The notes under the pieces were generated by a model, which saw only the letters and a list, made by a program, of their open reading frames with translations, was not told where the DNA came from and did not search any database. Made by a program: the position numbers and the translations under genes. DNA of 64,000 nucleotides, from positions 20,673 to 84,672 of the forward strand of contig JBGANF010000019.1 in NCBI GenBank assembly GCA_044222475.1, read 5' to 3'. This document shows positions 55,717 to 64,000 of the stretch, in pieces (the stretch's first letter is position 1; the number at the start of each line of letters is the position of its first letter). Origin of the DNA: Polyangiaceae bacterium (lineage in GTDB: Bacteria; Myxococcota_A; Polyangia; Polyangiales; Polyangiaceae).

Positions 55717-55920
55717 GAACTCCTCCGAGCCGAAGATCGGCAGAGGGTCCATAAGCACGAGGCGGGCCAGGTCGTTCTATTCCGGAATCATTACCTTTTT
55801 TGACCGGTTCAGACCGAGGCTCGATGCCCCCACCCCCCACGGTTGGGGGCTCGGACCCCCTATTGAAAGGACGAATTCGGAGGAATGTGGAACAGGAATG
55901 GGAATGGGAATGGGAGAGCG

Positions 55921-57675
55921 TCAGGGGCCGAATGCGTAGAGGTTGTGATCGTTCCCCACGAGGTAGATGGTGCCGTCGCCGCCGATGCTCGGGGCGCGGT
56001 AGCCGGAGACGGCCGCGATCGACGTGGAGGACGTGACCGCTCCGTTGACGACGCGACTCACGCGGTTCTCGGTCACCGTGCTCGACTTCTTGTTCATCGT
56101 GTAGACGTAGATCGCGTCGTCGGCGCCGAGCGAGGGCATGCCGATGTCGTTGCCGGCGCCGGCCCCGGTGACGGGAGCGGCGAGCGGAGTCGCGACGCTC
56201 GGCGCGAGCTCGAACAGACGGTTGCCGACGCCGAAGACGTAGCCGGCGACGTACATCTTGCCGTTGCCCGCGACGGCGACCGGATCGGTGCGGAGGAAGC
56301 CGATGTTGTCGGCGCTCGCGCCCCACTCGGGCTTGCCGTTCGCGTCGAGCTTGGTCATCACGCGCGAGGTGTTGCCGTTGTGGATCAGAGCGAACACGCC
56401 ATCATCGGGGGCGACGACGGGCGGGCCGACGGCCGACACCGGGTTCGCCGGATAGACCCACTTCACCGCGCCGCTCGGGCTCACCGCGTAGAGCTGGGCG
56501 GTGGCTGCGTAGATCGTTCCGTCGTTCGCGATCGCGGGTGCGCGGCCAGTGTTTCCGCCTTGGCCGTTGCCGATCGGGGTCGACCATTTCTCGACGCCGG
56601 TCTTGTCGATGGCCTTGAGCATCGCGCTCGCGGCGACGTAGATCGTGCCGTCGCCGCCGATCGCGGGTGCGGGAGGGTAATTGCCGACCGAGACGGACCA
56701 GAGCGGTGCGCCCGCCGACGAGATCGCCTGCAGCTTGCCGGTGCTCGAGCCCGTGCTGACGGTGACGTAGACGGTGCCGTCGGCGGCGATCGCCGGCGTC
56801 GACGTCGGCGTGCCGTCGAGCGGCGCGGACCACTTGGGAGCTCCTTGCGGAGTGACGGCGTAGAGCTTCGCGGAGAAGCCTCCGTAGTAGATCGTTCCGT
56901 CGGCGGCGATCGACGCGGGGGTGTTCGCGTCGGGCGCGGCCCACTTGTACGTCAGCGTCGTCGCGCCGTTGACGGCGGCGCGGCCGATCTTCGTCGGGCA
57001 GCGACCCTCCATGGGCCACGGTGAGCCCGCTTGCAGGCCGGCGGTGTTGCCGCACGCGGCGCAGCATCCGCTGCCGCAGCGCGCGAACCCGGCGTTGCAG
57101 GTGAAGTCGCACTTGGCGGAGTTGCAGACCGCGGTGGCGTTCGCGGGGACGGTGCACTTGGTGCAGCTCGGCCCGCACGAGTCGCCGCTCTCCTTGACGC
57201 ACTGGCCGTTGCAGTCGTTGCTGCCAGCGGCGCACGCCTTCCCACAGACGCCGGCCTTGCACGCGCCGACGTACGAGCCTTGCCCGCCGCACACGGTGCC
57301 GCACGCGCCGCAGTTGTTCGCATCGGCAGCGACCTCGACCTCGCAGCCGTCGCTGGGGAACTTGTTGCAGTTTGCAAACCCCGGGTCGCACGCCGCGATC
57401 GAGCACGCGTAGACGCCGTTCGTCGCGGCCTCGCACTTGCTCTTCGCGTGACCGATGGCGCACGCGGTGCAGGTGCCGCACCCGAAGTTCGGATCGCGCG
57501 GATCGACGCACTGGTCGCCGCACAAACGACGCGCTGCGTCGCACGCTCCGTTCACCGCCGGGATCGGCGGGTCGAAGTCATTTCCAGACGTTGCGTCGGG
57601 ATCCGCGCTGCACGCGATGCCCGACACGACCAAGCCCAAGCCCACGAAGGAAAGCACACGGAACAAGGAACGCAT
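55921..57675 (-). CDS. Lipoprotein with Cys-rich repeats and PQQ-like beta-propeller
   Basis: GIAC lipobox, NCGACGTVC-type repeats, PAIAADGT[VI]Y repeats. Confidence 0.82.
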   Translation of the reverse strand: MRSLFRVLSFVGLGLVVSGIACSADPDATSGNDFDPPIPAVNGACDAARRLCGDQCVDPRDPNFGCGTCTACAIGHAKSKCEAATNGVYACSIAACDPGFANCNKFPSDGCEVEVAADANNCGACGTVCGGQGSYVGACKAGVCGKACAAGSNDCNGQCVKESGDSCGPSCTKCTVPANATAVCNSAKCDFTCNAGFARCGSGCCAACGNTAGLQAGSPWPMEGRCPTKIGRAAVNGATTLTYKWAAPDANTPASIAADGTIYYGGFSAKLYAVTPQGAPKWSAPLDGTPTSTPAIAADGTVYVTVSTGSSTGKLQAISSAGAPLWSVSVGNYPPAPAIGGDGTIYVAASAMLKAIDKTGVEKWSTPIGNGQGGNTGRAPAIANDGTIYAATAQLYAVSPSGAVKWVYPANPVSAVGPPVVAPDDGVFALIHNGNTSRVMTKLDANGKPEWGASADNIGFLRTDPVAVAGNGKMYVAGYVFGVGNRLFELAPSVATPLAAPVTGAGAGNDIGMPSLGADDAIYVYTMNKKSSTVTENRVSRVVNGAVTSSTSIAAVSGYRAPSIGGDGTIYLVGNDHNLYAFGP

Positions 57676-57769
57676 GGCGTCCACCTCCCACGGTGACCAA
57701 TGGACGGCGGGGTGGGAGATCGATTCAGGCTGACGCCACCATGTCCGGCCATGTCCGGTCCGAGTCCGG

Positions 57770-58660
57770 TCAGCCGGTGGCCCGCGCGAAGGCGTCGGCG
57801 AACGCCTCGAACGCGGCGCGGACGCGTGGGGTCGCTCGCTGCCCCGGCGCGCACACGGCGTGGACGTCGGGCCCCTTCGCGCGCTCGCCCTCGAGCACCT
57901 CGACGAGCTCGCCGCGGGCGAGGCGCTCGCCGATCATGAAGTCGAACGCCTGGCCGACACCGACGCCGGAGGCGACCGCGTCGACCAACATGGGTCCGTG
58001 ATCGAGGAGCGCGATCTCGGCGATCGCTCGCGGGCCGCTGCGGAACAGCCAATCGTACGGCTTGCCGCTGGGCGCGACGAGGCCGACGCAGTCGTGGCCG
58101 GCGAGGTCGGCGATCGTCTTCGGTGTACCGGCGCGCGCGAGGTACTCGGGCGACGCGATCGTCAGGAGCTCGGTACGACGAAGCACGCGGGCGACCAAGC
58201 TCGAGTCGGCGAGCTGCCCGATGCGCACCGCGACGTCGACCGACTCGCTCGCGAGCTTGCTGAGCCGATCGGTGACGAGGAGCTTGAAGGAGAGCTTCGG
58301 ATGCCTGGCGCGCAGGAGCGCGATGCCGCGCGCGACGAGGCCGGTGAGCACGAACGGAAGCGACAGCGTGAGCTCGCCCTCGGGGACGCGGCGCGCGTGA
58401 TCGAGCGCCTCGCGTGCGCCCTGGAGCGACGCGACGGCGGCGCGCGAGCGCTCGAAGAAGAGGGCGCCCTCCTGGGTGAGGCTCACGAAGCGGGCGGTGC
58501 GATGGACGAGCACGACGCCCAGCGACTCTTCGAGCAAGCGCACCGCCTTGCTCACCGCCGCGGTGGACACGCCGAGAGCACGCGCGGCCCCATGGAAGCT
58601 CTTGGCCTCGGCGACCGCGACGAAGGGGACGACCCCGCGAAAGAGCTCGAGCTTGGTCAT
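57770..58660 (-). CDS. LysR-family transcriptional regulator
   Basis: SFHGAARALGVSTAAVSKAVRLLEESLGVVLVHRT HTH; VDVAVRIG. Confidence 0.93.
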   Translation of the reverse strand: MTKLELFRGVVPFVAVAEAKSFHGAARALGVSTAAVSKAVRLLEESLGVVLVHRTARFVSLTQEGALFFERSRAAVASLQGAREALDHARRVPEGELTLSLPFVLTGLVARGIALLRARHPKLSFKLLVTDRLSKLASESVDVAVRIGQLADSSLVARVLRRTELLTIASPEYLARAGTPKTIADLAGHDCVGLVAPSGKPYDWLFRSGPRAIAEIALLDHGPMLVDAVASGVGVGQAFDFMIGERLARGELVEVLEGERAKGPDVHAVCAPGQRATPRVRAAFEAFADAFARATG

Positions 58661-58681
58661 TTGTGAACCTCAGGTTCACAA
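58661..58681. promoter_or_regulatory. Perfect palindrome, probable LysR operator
   Basis: TTGTGAACCT-C-AGGTTCACAA abutting the lysR start in the divergent spacer. Confidence 0.7.
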
Positions 58682-58749
58682 TAGCTTTACCTTGGTCATT
58701 CTTGTCAACCTCGGATTGGAAGCGCAGGTTGTTCTTCATGGAGGCCGTG

Positions 58750-59592
58750 ATGAAGGACAAGGTTTGCATCGTGACGGGTGGCAGCTCTGGGATCGGGCTC
58801 GAGACGGTGCGCGGGCTGGCGAAGCAGGGCGCGGAGGTCGTGCTGGCGGTACGCGATCCGGCGAAGGGTGCCGAGGCCGCGGCCGAGGTGCGGAAGACGG
58901 TGCCTGATGCGCGGCTGGTCGTGATGAAGGTCGACCTCGCGAGCCGCCAGTCGATCAAGGACTTCGTGGCCGCGTTCGAGACGAAGTACTCGAAGCTCGA
59001 CGTGCTGGTGAACAACGCGGCGCTCGTGCCGGCGAAGCGCACGTTGACGCCGGATGGACTGGAGACGCAGTTCGGGGTGAACCACCTCGGGCCGTTCCTC
59101 CTGACGGTGTTGCTCCTGCCGCGGCTGAAGGCGGCGGCGCCGAGCCGCGTCGTCGTCGTGTCGTCGAGCGTGTACGCGGGCAAGGCGCTCGACTGGGACG
59201 ACCTCCAGTCGGAGAAGGGCTACTCGCAGATGGGCGCGTACTCGCGGAGCAAGCTCGCGAACATGCTCTTCGTGAAGGCGCTGGCGAAGCGCATCGAGGG
59301 CACCGGGGTGACGGTGAACGCGCTGCACCCGGGCGTGGTCTCGACGGCGCTCGCGCGCGACATGCCGGCGCCGTTCCGGTTCATCGCGAACGTGTTCTTC
59401 ACGTCGCCGGAGAAGGGCGCGCGCACGTCGCTGTACGTGGCGTCGTCGCCGGAGGTGAACGTGAACGGGCACTACTTCAGCGACCGGAAGGACACGCCGA
59501 TCGACGCGAAGGCCGTCACCGACGAAGCGGCGGAGCGGCTGTGGCAAGTGTCGGCGAAGCTCGCGGGCGTCGACGGGACGATCTCGGCGTAG
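58750..59592 (+). CDS. SDR oxidoreductase (retinol-dehydrogenase-like)
   Basis: TGGSSGIG, NNAA, VNHLGPFLL, YSRSK, LHPGVV; GGAGG RBS. Confidence 0.92.
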   Translation: MKDKVCIVTGGSSGIGLETVRGLAKQGAEVVLAVRDPAKGAEAAAEVRKTVPDARLVVMKVDLASRQSIKDFVAAFETKYSKLDVLVNNAALVPAKRTLTPDGLETQFGVNHLGPFLLTVLLLPRLKAAAPSRVVVVSSSVYAGKALDWDDLQSEKGYSQMGAYSRSKLANMLFVKALAKRIEGTGVTVNALHPGVVSTALARDMPAPFRFIANVFFTSPEKGARTSLYVASSPEVNVNGHYFSDRKDTPIDAKAVTDEAAERLWQVSAKLAGVDGTISA

Positions 59593-59600
59593 GTGCGCGA

Positions 59601-59784
59601 GAGGAGAGGTGCCCCTCACCTGCCGTGCTCGCCCTTTCTGGCGCTCTCGGTGCGCTTGGTACCAAACTGGGATTTCGAAGTGCGCCAGAAAGGGCTGCGC
59701 GCAGCAGACTCTCCACCCCTTCGGGTATCACGAAGCGCGACCCCCGCCTCGGCGCAAACGCGCCGTGGCGGGGAGAGTGGTTCC
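59601..59784 (+). repeat. REP-like element, left copy
   Basis: TGCCCCTCACC ... GACTCTCC ... GGGGAGAGTGGTTCC, mirrored at 60523-60605. Confidence 0.7.
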
Positions 59785-59844
59785 CTCAGTGGGCTCGCTG
59801 CGCGACGTGTCGGTGCGTTACGCAAGGCCGCACGCAGTCCAGAG

Positions 59845-60438
59845 TCATGCGATCGCGTTCGCAAGCTTGAGAACCTCCCGGAGCGCCTCGAGCGTACCGA
59901 CCGATTCGATGGCCACGCTCTCTACGTACGCTGCGCGCTCAGCCCGAAATGTCTCACGCACCCAGGCCATCGTTCGGGCGTCGGGAACGTCGCGCTTGTT
60001 CACCTGGAATACGATCGGCTTCGATCGCGCTTCGACACCACGAGTCGCTACGTCTCGGATGAGCTTCTCGAACTGATACACGTTGGATTCGTCCCGCTCG
60101 GCCTGCGAGTCGATGACGAAGATCACCCCAGTGGCAGAGGCGAGTCGGTCTATCTCTTCGCGGATCTTCGGGCTGCAGGCGGAGCTCGTCGGATCGTAGT
60201 CCGCGTGGATGGCGCGACTATGCGAGATGCTCAGATCGAGAACGACGCTTTCACCGCTCGATCGCGTCAAACGAAACCGGTGCTCCCCCGACAGGACGAC
60301 CGTCGGATCGACGACCTGCTGGGCTCGAGCCAGTGCGGAGAGGAGCGAGGTCGACTTGCCTGCGAAACCGCAGCCGGCGTACACGATCCGGTGAGCCGGG
60401 GTATGCGCGAAACGACTCACCTCCTGATGGAATGACAC
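59845..60438 (-). CDS. Divergent MglA-like small GTPase
   Basis: RIVYAGCGFAGKST, GVIFVIDSQ, PIVFQVNKRD, ESVA; start uncertain. Confidence 0.72.
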   Translation of the reverse strand: MSFHQEVSRFAHTPAHRIVYAGCGFAGKSTSLLSALARAQQVVDPTVVLSGEHRFRLTRSSGESVVLDLSISHSRAIHADYDPTSSACSPKIREEIDRLASATGVIFVIDSQAERDESNVYQFEKLIRDVATRGVEARSKPIVFQVNKRDVPDARTMAWVRETFRAERAAYVESVAIESVGTLEALREVLKLANAIA

Positions 60439-60522
60439 GAGGGCCTCGAATGCAATCCTCGCGATCGGCTGCAAGCGCCCCTGATCTCCGCGAGCACCGT
60501 GCCACGTCACGGTCGTCGCGGT

Positions 60523-60605
60523 GGAACCACTCTCCCCACGTGGCGCGAAGCGCCACGTAAGGGGAGAGTCGCGGCGCGAAGCGCCGCGGTGAGGGGCATC
60601 TCCTC
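60523..60605 (-). repeat. REP-like element, right copy (inverted)
   Basis: GGAACCACTCTCCCC ... GGGGAGAGTC ... GGTGAGGGGCA, with two internal hairpins centred on GCGCGAAGCGC. Confidence 0.7.
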
Positions 60606-60609
60606 CGCG

Positions 60610-61353
60610 TCACCCCTTCGTCGCCGCCGACTTCCTCTTCTTCATCTTCGCCGGAAGCGCCGTGGCCTTCCCCGACTCGAGGAGCTTCCGCAGCGCGTGC
60701 TCCATCTCCCGACCGAAGATGACGCGCACCGACTCGAGACCCATCGGCCGGAGCGCTTGGAAGAGCTCCGTCGCGTTCTCCGCCGAGATTCTCCCATCCT
60801 TCGCATGGGACACGAACAGGTCGACCAGATCGGTCGCCGCCCGAGCCAGGTGCTTGCGAAGAACGCTCGCCGAGTGCGCCGCGGTCTCGAGATCGATCCC
60901 CGCCGCCTCCAGCCGCATCGCGACCGTGAGCAGCGCCGGGCTGCGGAGGAGGAACATCTCCCCTCGCCGCTCGACGAGCTTGGTCCGCACCAGATCCGCG
61001 AGCAGCCCAGGTCGCTTGCTGCCCGCCGCTTCGTAGAGCTCGGCCTCGGTGAGGGTGCGCGGTTGATCGTTCGCCCACGACGCCTGCATCTGGCGCTCGA
61101 CCCCGAGCCACTCGGCGAGATCGACCTCGCCCTTGTCGATGCTCGCCACCAAGTCGCGGATGGCGTCGATGCGAAGCCCGCGATCTTGGAGCTGCGCGAT
61201 CAGCTTCAACCGCTCGAGGTGCTCGTCACCGTAGACCGCGACGCGGCCGCGGATCGTGGGCGCCTGCAGCGCGCCCTTCGACTGGTAGAAGCGAATCGTG
61301 CGACTCGGAAGCTTCGAGACCGTGGCGAGCTCGTCGATCGTGTACTCGGTCAT
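60610..61353 (-). CDS. MerR-family transcriptional regulator
   Basis: YTIDELA...RTIRFYQSKG...YGDEHLERLKLI...GLRIDAIR; alternative start 61398. Confidence 0.9.
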   Translation of the reverse strand: MTEYTIDELATVSKLPSRTIRFYQSKGALQAPTIRGRVAVYGDEHLERLKLIAQLQDRGLRIDAIRDLVASIDKGEVDLAEWLGVERQMQASWANDQPRTLTEAELYEAAGSKRPGLLADLVRTKLVERRGEMFLLRSPALLTVAMRLEAAGIDLETAAHSASVLRKHLARAATDLVDLFVSHAKDGRISAENATELFQALRPMGLESVRVIFGREMEHALRKLLESGKATALPAKMKKRKSAATKG

Positions 61354-61394
61354 GGCAGGCTCGGGCGCAACCCAAGCTACCTCAGCTACGGCCA

Positions 61395-62543
61395 TCATGT
61401 GCGCGCTTCGATCGCGTCCGGACGCACCGAGAGGCCGTCGAGGTGGTGGAACGCCTTCTTCAACGTGTTCCACCACGTGTCGCGCTTGTGCGTGACGCCG
61501 TGCTTCTCGCAGATCGCGCGGACCTCGGGCGCGATCTGGCGGAGGCGCTGCGGCGGGAGCGTCGGGAAGAGGTGGTGCTCGATCTGGAGATCGAGACCGC
61601 CGCAGAGCACCGACACCGGCCAGCTCACCTCGAAGTCGTTCGCCGCTGCGACCTGCATCGCGTACCACTCGCCGCGGCTCTTCGGGCGCGTGCCCTCGGG
61701 CCAGCTCGCGACGTCGTGGCCGACGTGCCCGCAGTGGATCGTCGCCGCCGAGTAGATGTCGCGCAGCGTCTCCGCCATCCAGTTGCCGAGGAGCACCTTC
61801 CAGAAGAAGGGCCCCGCGAGCAGCGGGAAGAAGACGTAGTTGCGGAGGTAGTACGGGAGATACTTGCGGAGTGCACGCTTGAGCGCGAGGCGCTTCGACG
61901 CGGGCGAGAGGTCGGGCAGCACGTCGAGCTTGCCGCCGTGCGCTTCGCCGAACAGCACGTCGTGCACTCCGGTGAAGTGGAAGTTCATGAGGAACCCGAA
62001 GTTTGGGAAGAGCACGCCGAGCACGAACGGGACCTGCCAGCGGTGGCGAGGGGCCCACTCGGTTTGATGCGTGAGGCGCGCGGGACCGAAGTGGATGTCC
62101 GGATCCTTGCCGGCGACGTTCGTGTTCCCGTGGTGCTTCACGTTGTGGCCGAGGCGCCACGACTCTTCGTCGATCGGGACGTCCCACGAGTACGTCTTGG
62201 AGTGGAACTCGGGCGCGTCCGCGAACTTGTCGTACGCGCCGTGCAGCGACGTGTGGCCGATCTCGGCGGCCTGGAGCTGCTTGTGGACGAAGAGGCAGCC
62301 GACGCCGACGAGAAACGAGATCGGCTCCCAGCTGGCGTGGATGAGGACGCGGCCGACGACCTCCATCGCGACCGAGAACCGGTCGAGCGACTTCACGTAC
62401 TTCACGTCCTCTTCTCCGGCTCCCATCTCCGCGAAGGTGCGAGCCTTCAGCGCGTCGAGATCGGCGCCGAAGGCGCGGTAGCGGTCATGTTCCAGCTCCG
62501 GACGGACGGGGGCGGCAACGCCAACGGTGGCATCGAAAGGCAT
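61395..62543 (-). CDS. Membrane fatty acyl-CoA desaturase (DesA3-like)
   Basis: His boxes EIGHTSLHG, HNVKHH, QIEHHLFP; AAGGAG RBS. Confidence 0.9.
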   Translation of the reverse strand: MPFDATVGVAAPVRPELEHDRYRAFGADLDALKARTFAEMGAGEEDVKYVKSLDRFSVAMEVVGRVLIHASWEPISFLVGVGCLFVHKQLQAAEIGHTSLHGAYDKFADAPEFHSKTYSWDVPIDEESWRLGHNVKHHGNTNVAGKDPDIHFGPARLTHQTEWAPRHRWQVPFVLGVLFPNFGFLMNFHFTGVHDVLFGEAHGGKLDVLPDLSPASKRLALKRALRKYLPYYLRNYVFFPLLAGPFFWKVLLGNWMAETLRDIYSAATIHCGHVGHDVASWPEGTRPKSRGEWYAMQVAAANDFEVSWPVSVLCGGLDLQIEHHLFPTLPPQRLRQIAPEVRAICEKHGVTHKRDTWWNTLKKAFHHLDGLSVRPDAIEART

Positions 62544-62592
62544 GGAAAACTCCTTTCCGGGGGCCATCGCAAAGCAGCCCACCGAATGATGC

Positions 62593-62629
62593 GTCATTGA
62601 TAACTGTGACAGTCCCAACTGTCAATGAC
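62593..62629 (-). promoter_or_regulatory. Sigma70-type promoter with overlapping palindromic operator
   Basis: Minus strand TTGACA (62625-62620), 17 nt, TATCAA; TGACAGT-N4-ACTGTCA (62607-62624). Confidence 0.65.
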
Positions 62630-62700
62630 CCGCCCGACCTTTTTGGGGAAAGGGGGGGCGCCTTTCTACGCGCTCCCTGGGTGGGTAGTCTCGGAACTCC

Positions 62701-64000
62701 ATGAGCGAGTCGCCCAAGCTGCCCGTTCAACCTGGCGAGGTGCTCGCGGGCAAGTACAAGGTCGAGCGCATTCTCGGCGCGGGTGGCATGGGCGTGGTCG
62801 TCCTCGCGACCAATACGCTGCTTGATCAGAAGATCGCGCTGAAGTTTCTCCTCCCGTCGGCCATCACCGGCATCGACACGGTCCGGCGATTCCTGCGCGA
62901 AGCAAAAGCCGCGGCGAAAATCCAGAGCGAGCACGTCGCACGGGTGCACGACGTCGGAACCCTCGACAACGGCGCTCCCTACATGGTGCTCGAGTACCTC
63001 GAAGGGCAAGACCTCGGTGACCTCATCCACGCGCAGCGGGTGCTCCCGGTCGAGGAGGCGGTCGGCTACGTGCTTCAGGCCTGCGAGGCTCTTGCCGAGG
63101 CGCATGCCCTCGGAATCGTGCACCGCGACATCAAGCCGTCCAACATCTTCCTCGCCAAGCGAACGACCGGCGTCCCCACCGTCAAGTTACTCGACTTCGG
63201 CATCTCCAAGATCACGCCACAGGGCGAAGACGCCCACCGGGACGCAGCGCTCACGCGCACGAACTCCATCATGGGCTCGCCGCTCTACATGTCGCCCGAG
63301 CAGATGACCAATTCCAAGTCCGTCGACGCCCGCGCGGACATCTGGTCGCTCGGCGCCACGCTCTTCGAGCTCGTCGGCGGCCGGCCACCGTTCCTCGCCG
63401 ATTCGATGCCGGAGCTCTTCGCGAGCATCCTGCAGAAGCAACCCGAGCCGATTCGCATGATTCGTCCCGAGCTGCCTGAAGCCTTCGAGATTGCGCTCAT
63501 GCGGGCGCTCGAAAAGGATCGCGATCGGCGCTACTCCAACGTCGCCGAGTTTGCGAGAGCACTGGCTCCATTCGGCCCCAAGTATGCACAGCTCAGCCTG
63601 GAGCGGATTACTCGGGTGCTCGGATTCGGCCCCATCGGCGAAACCCCACCGCCTGCCTCTCAGCCGCTCCCAGCACCCTCGACGGAACTCGCGCCTGCGA
63701 TGAGCACGGCCTCGGGTGCGACGTGGGGTGACGACCGCCCCGCAGGCGTCCCGGGGAAGACTAGCGCCCGCTCGGTAGCGCTCGCTGCCGGGCTCGTCAC
63801 GGTGCTCGCCGTCGCGGGCGCGGGAGCTTGGAGCGCCATGCGGTCCCCGCCGACGTCGACGGACGACTCTGCAGGCAACAGCGCGGTCGCGACCTTCGGG
63901 CTTCCTCCTGGCCCCACGGCGCCCCTGACGGACAGCGCCGCCGCCATCTCGGAACCGACCGCAAGCGTTGCCGCGGTGCCAAGCGCCGCGGTTCCAAGCG
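62701..64000 (+). CDS. Ser/Thr protein kinase with TM, truncated by window edge
   Basis: Manual translation: MSESPKL...LGAGGMG, IALK, HRDIKPSN, LLDFGISK, GSPLYMSPEQ. Confidence 0.93.
   Translation, partial: MSESPKLPVQPGEVLAGKYKVERILGAGGMGVVVLATNTLLDQKIALKFLLPSAITGIDTVRRFLREAKAAAKIQSEHVARVHDVGTLDNGAPYMVLEYLEGQDLGDLIHAQRVLPVEEAVGYVLQACEALAEAHALGIVHRDIKPSNIFLAKRTTGVPTVKLLDFGISKITPQGEDAHRDAALTRTNSIMGSPLYMSPEQMTNSKSVDARADIWSLGATLFELVGGRPPFLADSMPELFASILQKQPEPIRMIRPELPEAFEIALMRALEKDRDRRYSNVAEFARALAPFGPKYAQLSLERITRVLGFGPIGETPPPASQPLPAPSTELAPAMSTASGATWGDDRPAGVPGKTSARSVALAAGLVTVLAVAGAGAWSAMRSPPTSTDDSAGNSAVATFGLPPGPTAPLTDSAAAISEPTASVAAVPSAAVPS

Noticed and set aside
55820..55915. C/G-run hairpin and GGAATG hexamer run
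   Set aside because: Short simple repeat with no inverted partner nearby; probably terminator or low-complexity sequence.
57738..57770. CCATGTCCGG tandem duplication
   Set aside because: Too short to support any function.

Overview
Very GC-rich bacterial chromosome segment. The gene content (eukaryotic-type Ser/Thr kinases, VWA and Cys-rich lipoproteins, an MglA-like GTPase, a DUF4388/PEGA regulator) suggests Myxococcota, probably Polyangiaceae/Labilithrix-like; this is an inference. It carries core genes (tsaE, folE, cysS, dnaA with upstream DnaA boxes, miaE, proB, two tRNA-Ser) and many envelope and signalling genes. The standout is a translationally coupled 8-gene operon at 39548-44838: a SPASM-type radical SAM enzyme, five tandem small precursor-like genes, a B12-dependent radical SAM fused to a protein-L-isoaspartyl methyltransferase (PIMT/PCMT) domain, and a lipoprotein. 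The five small genes share a conserved ~30-aa leader ending in a lipobox Cys and carry repeated P-x-[PVA]-C-L core motifs in Asp/Pro-rich spacers. It looks like a RiPP-type system that modifies membrane-anchored lipopeptides. Other notable items: two hydrazine-synthase-alpha-like cytochrome/propeller lipoproteins, a divergent MglA-like gene bracketed by inverted REP-like elements, a hexamer-built inverted repeat between the tRNAs, and a gene apparently lacking a canonical start codon. All calls come from manual motif recognition; no database searches were run, and many start codons are best estimates.
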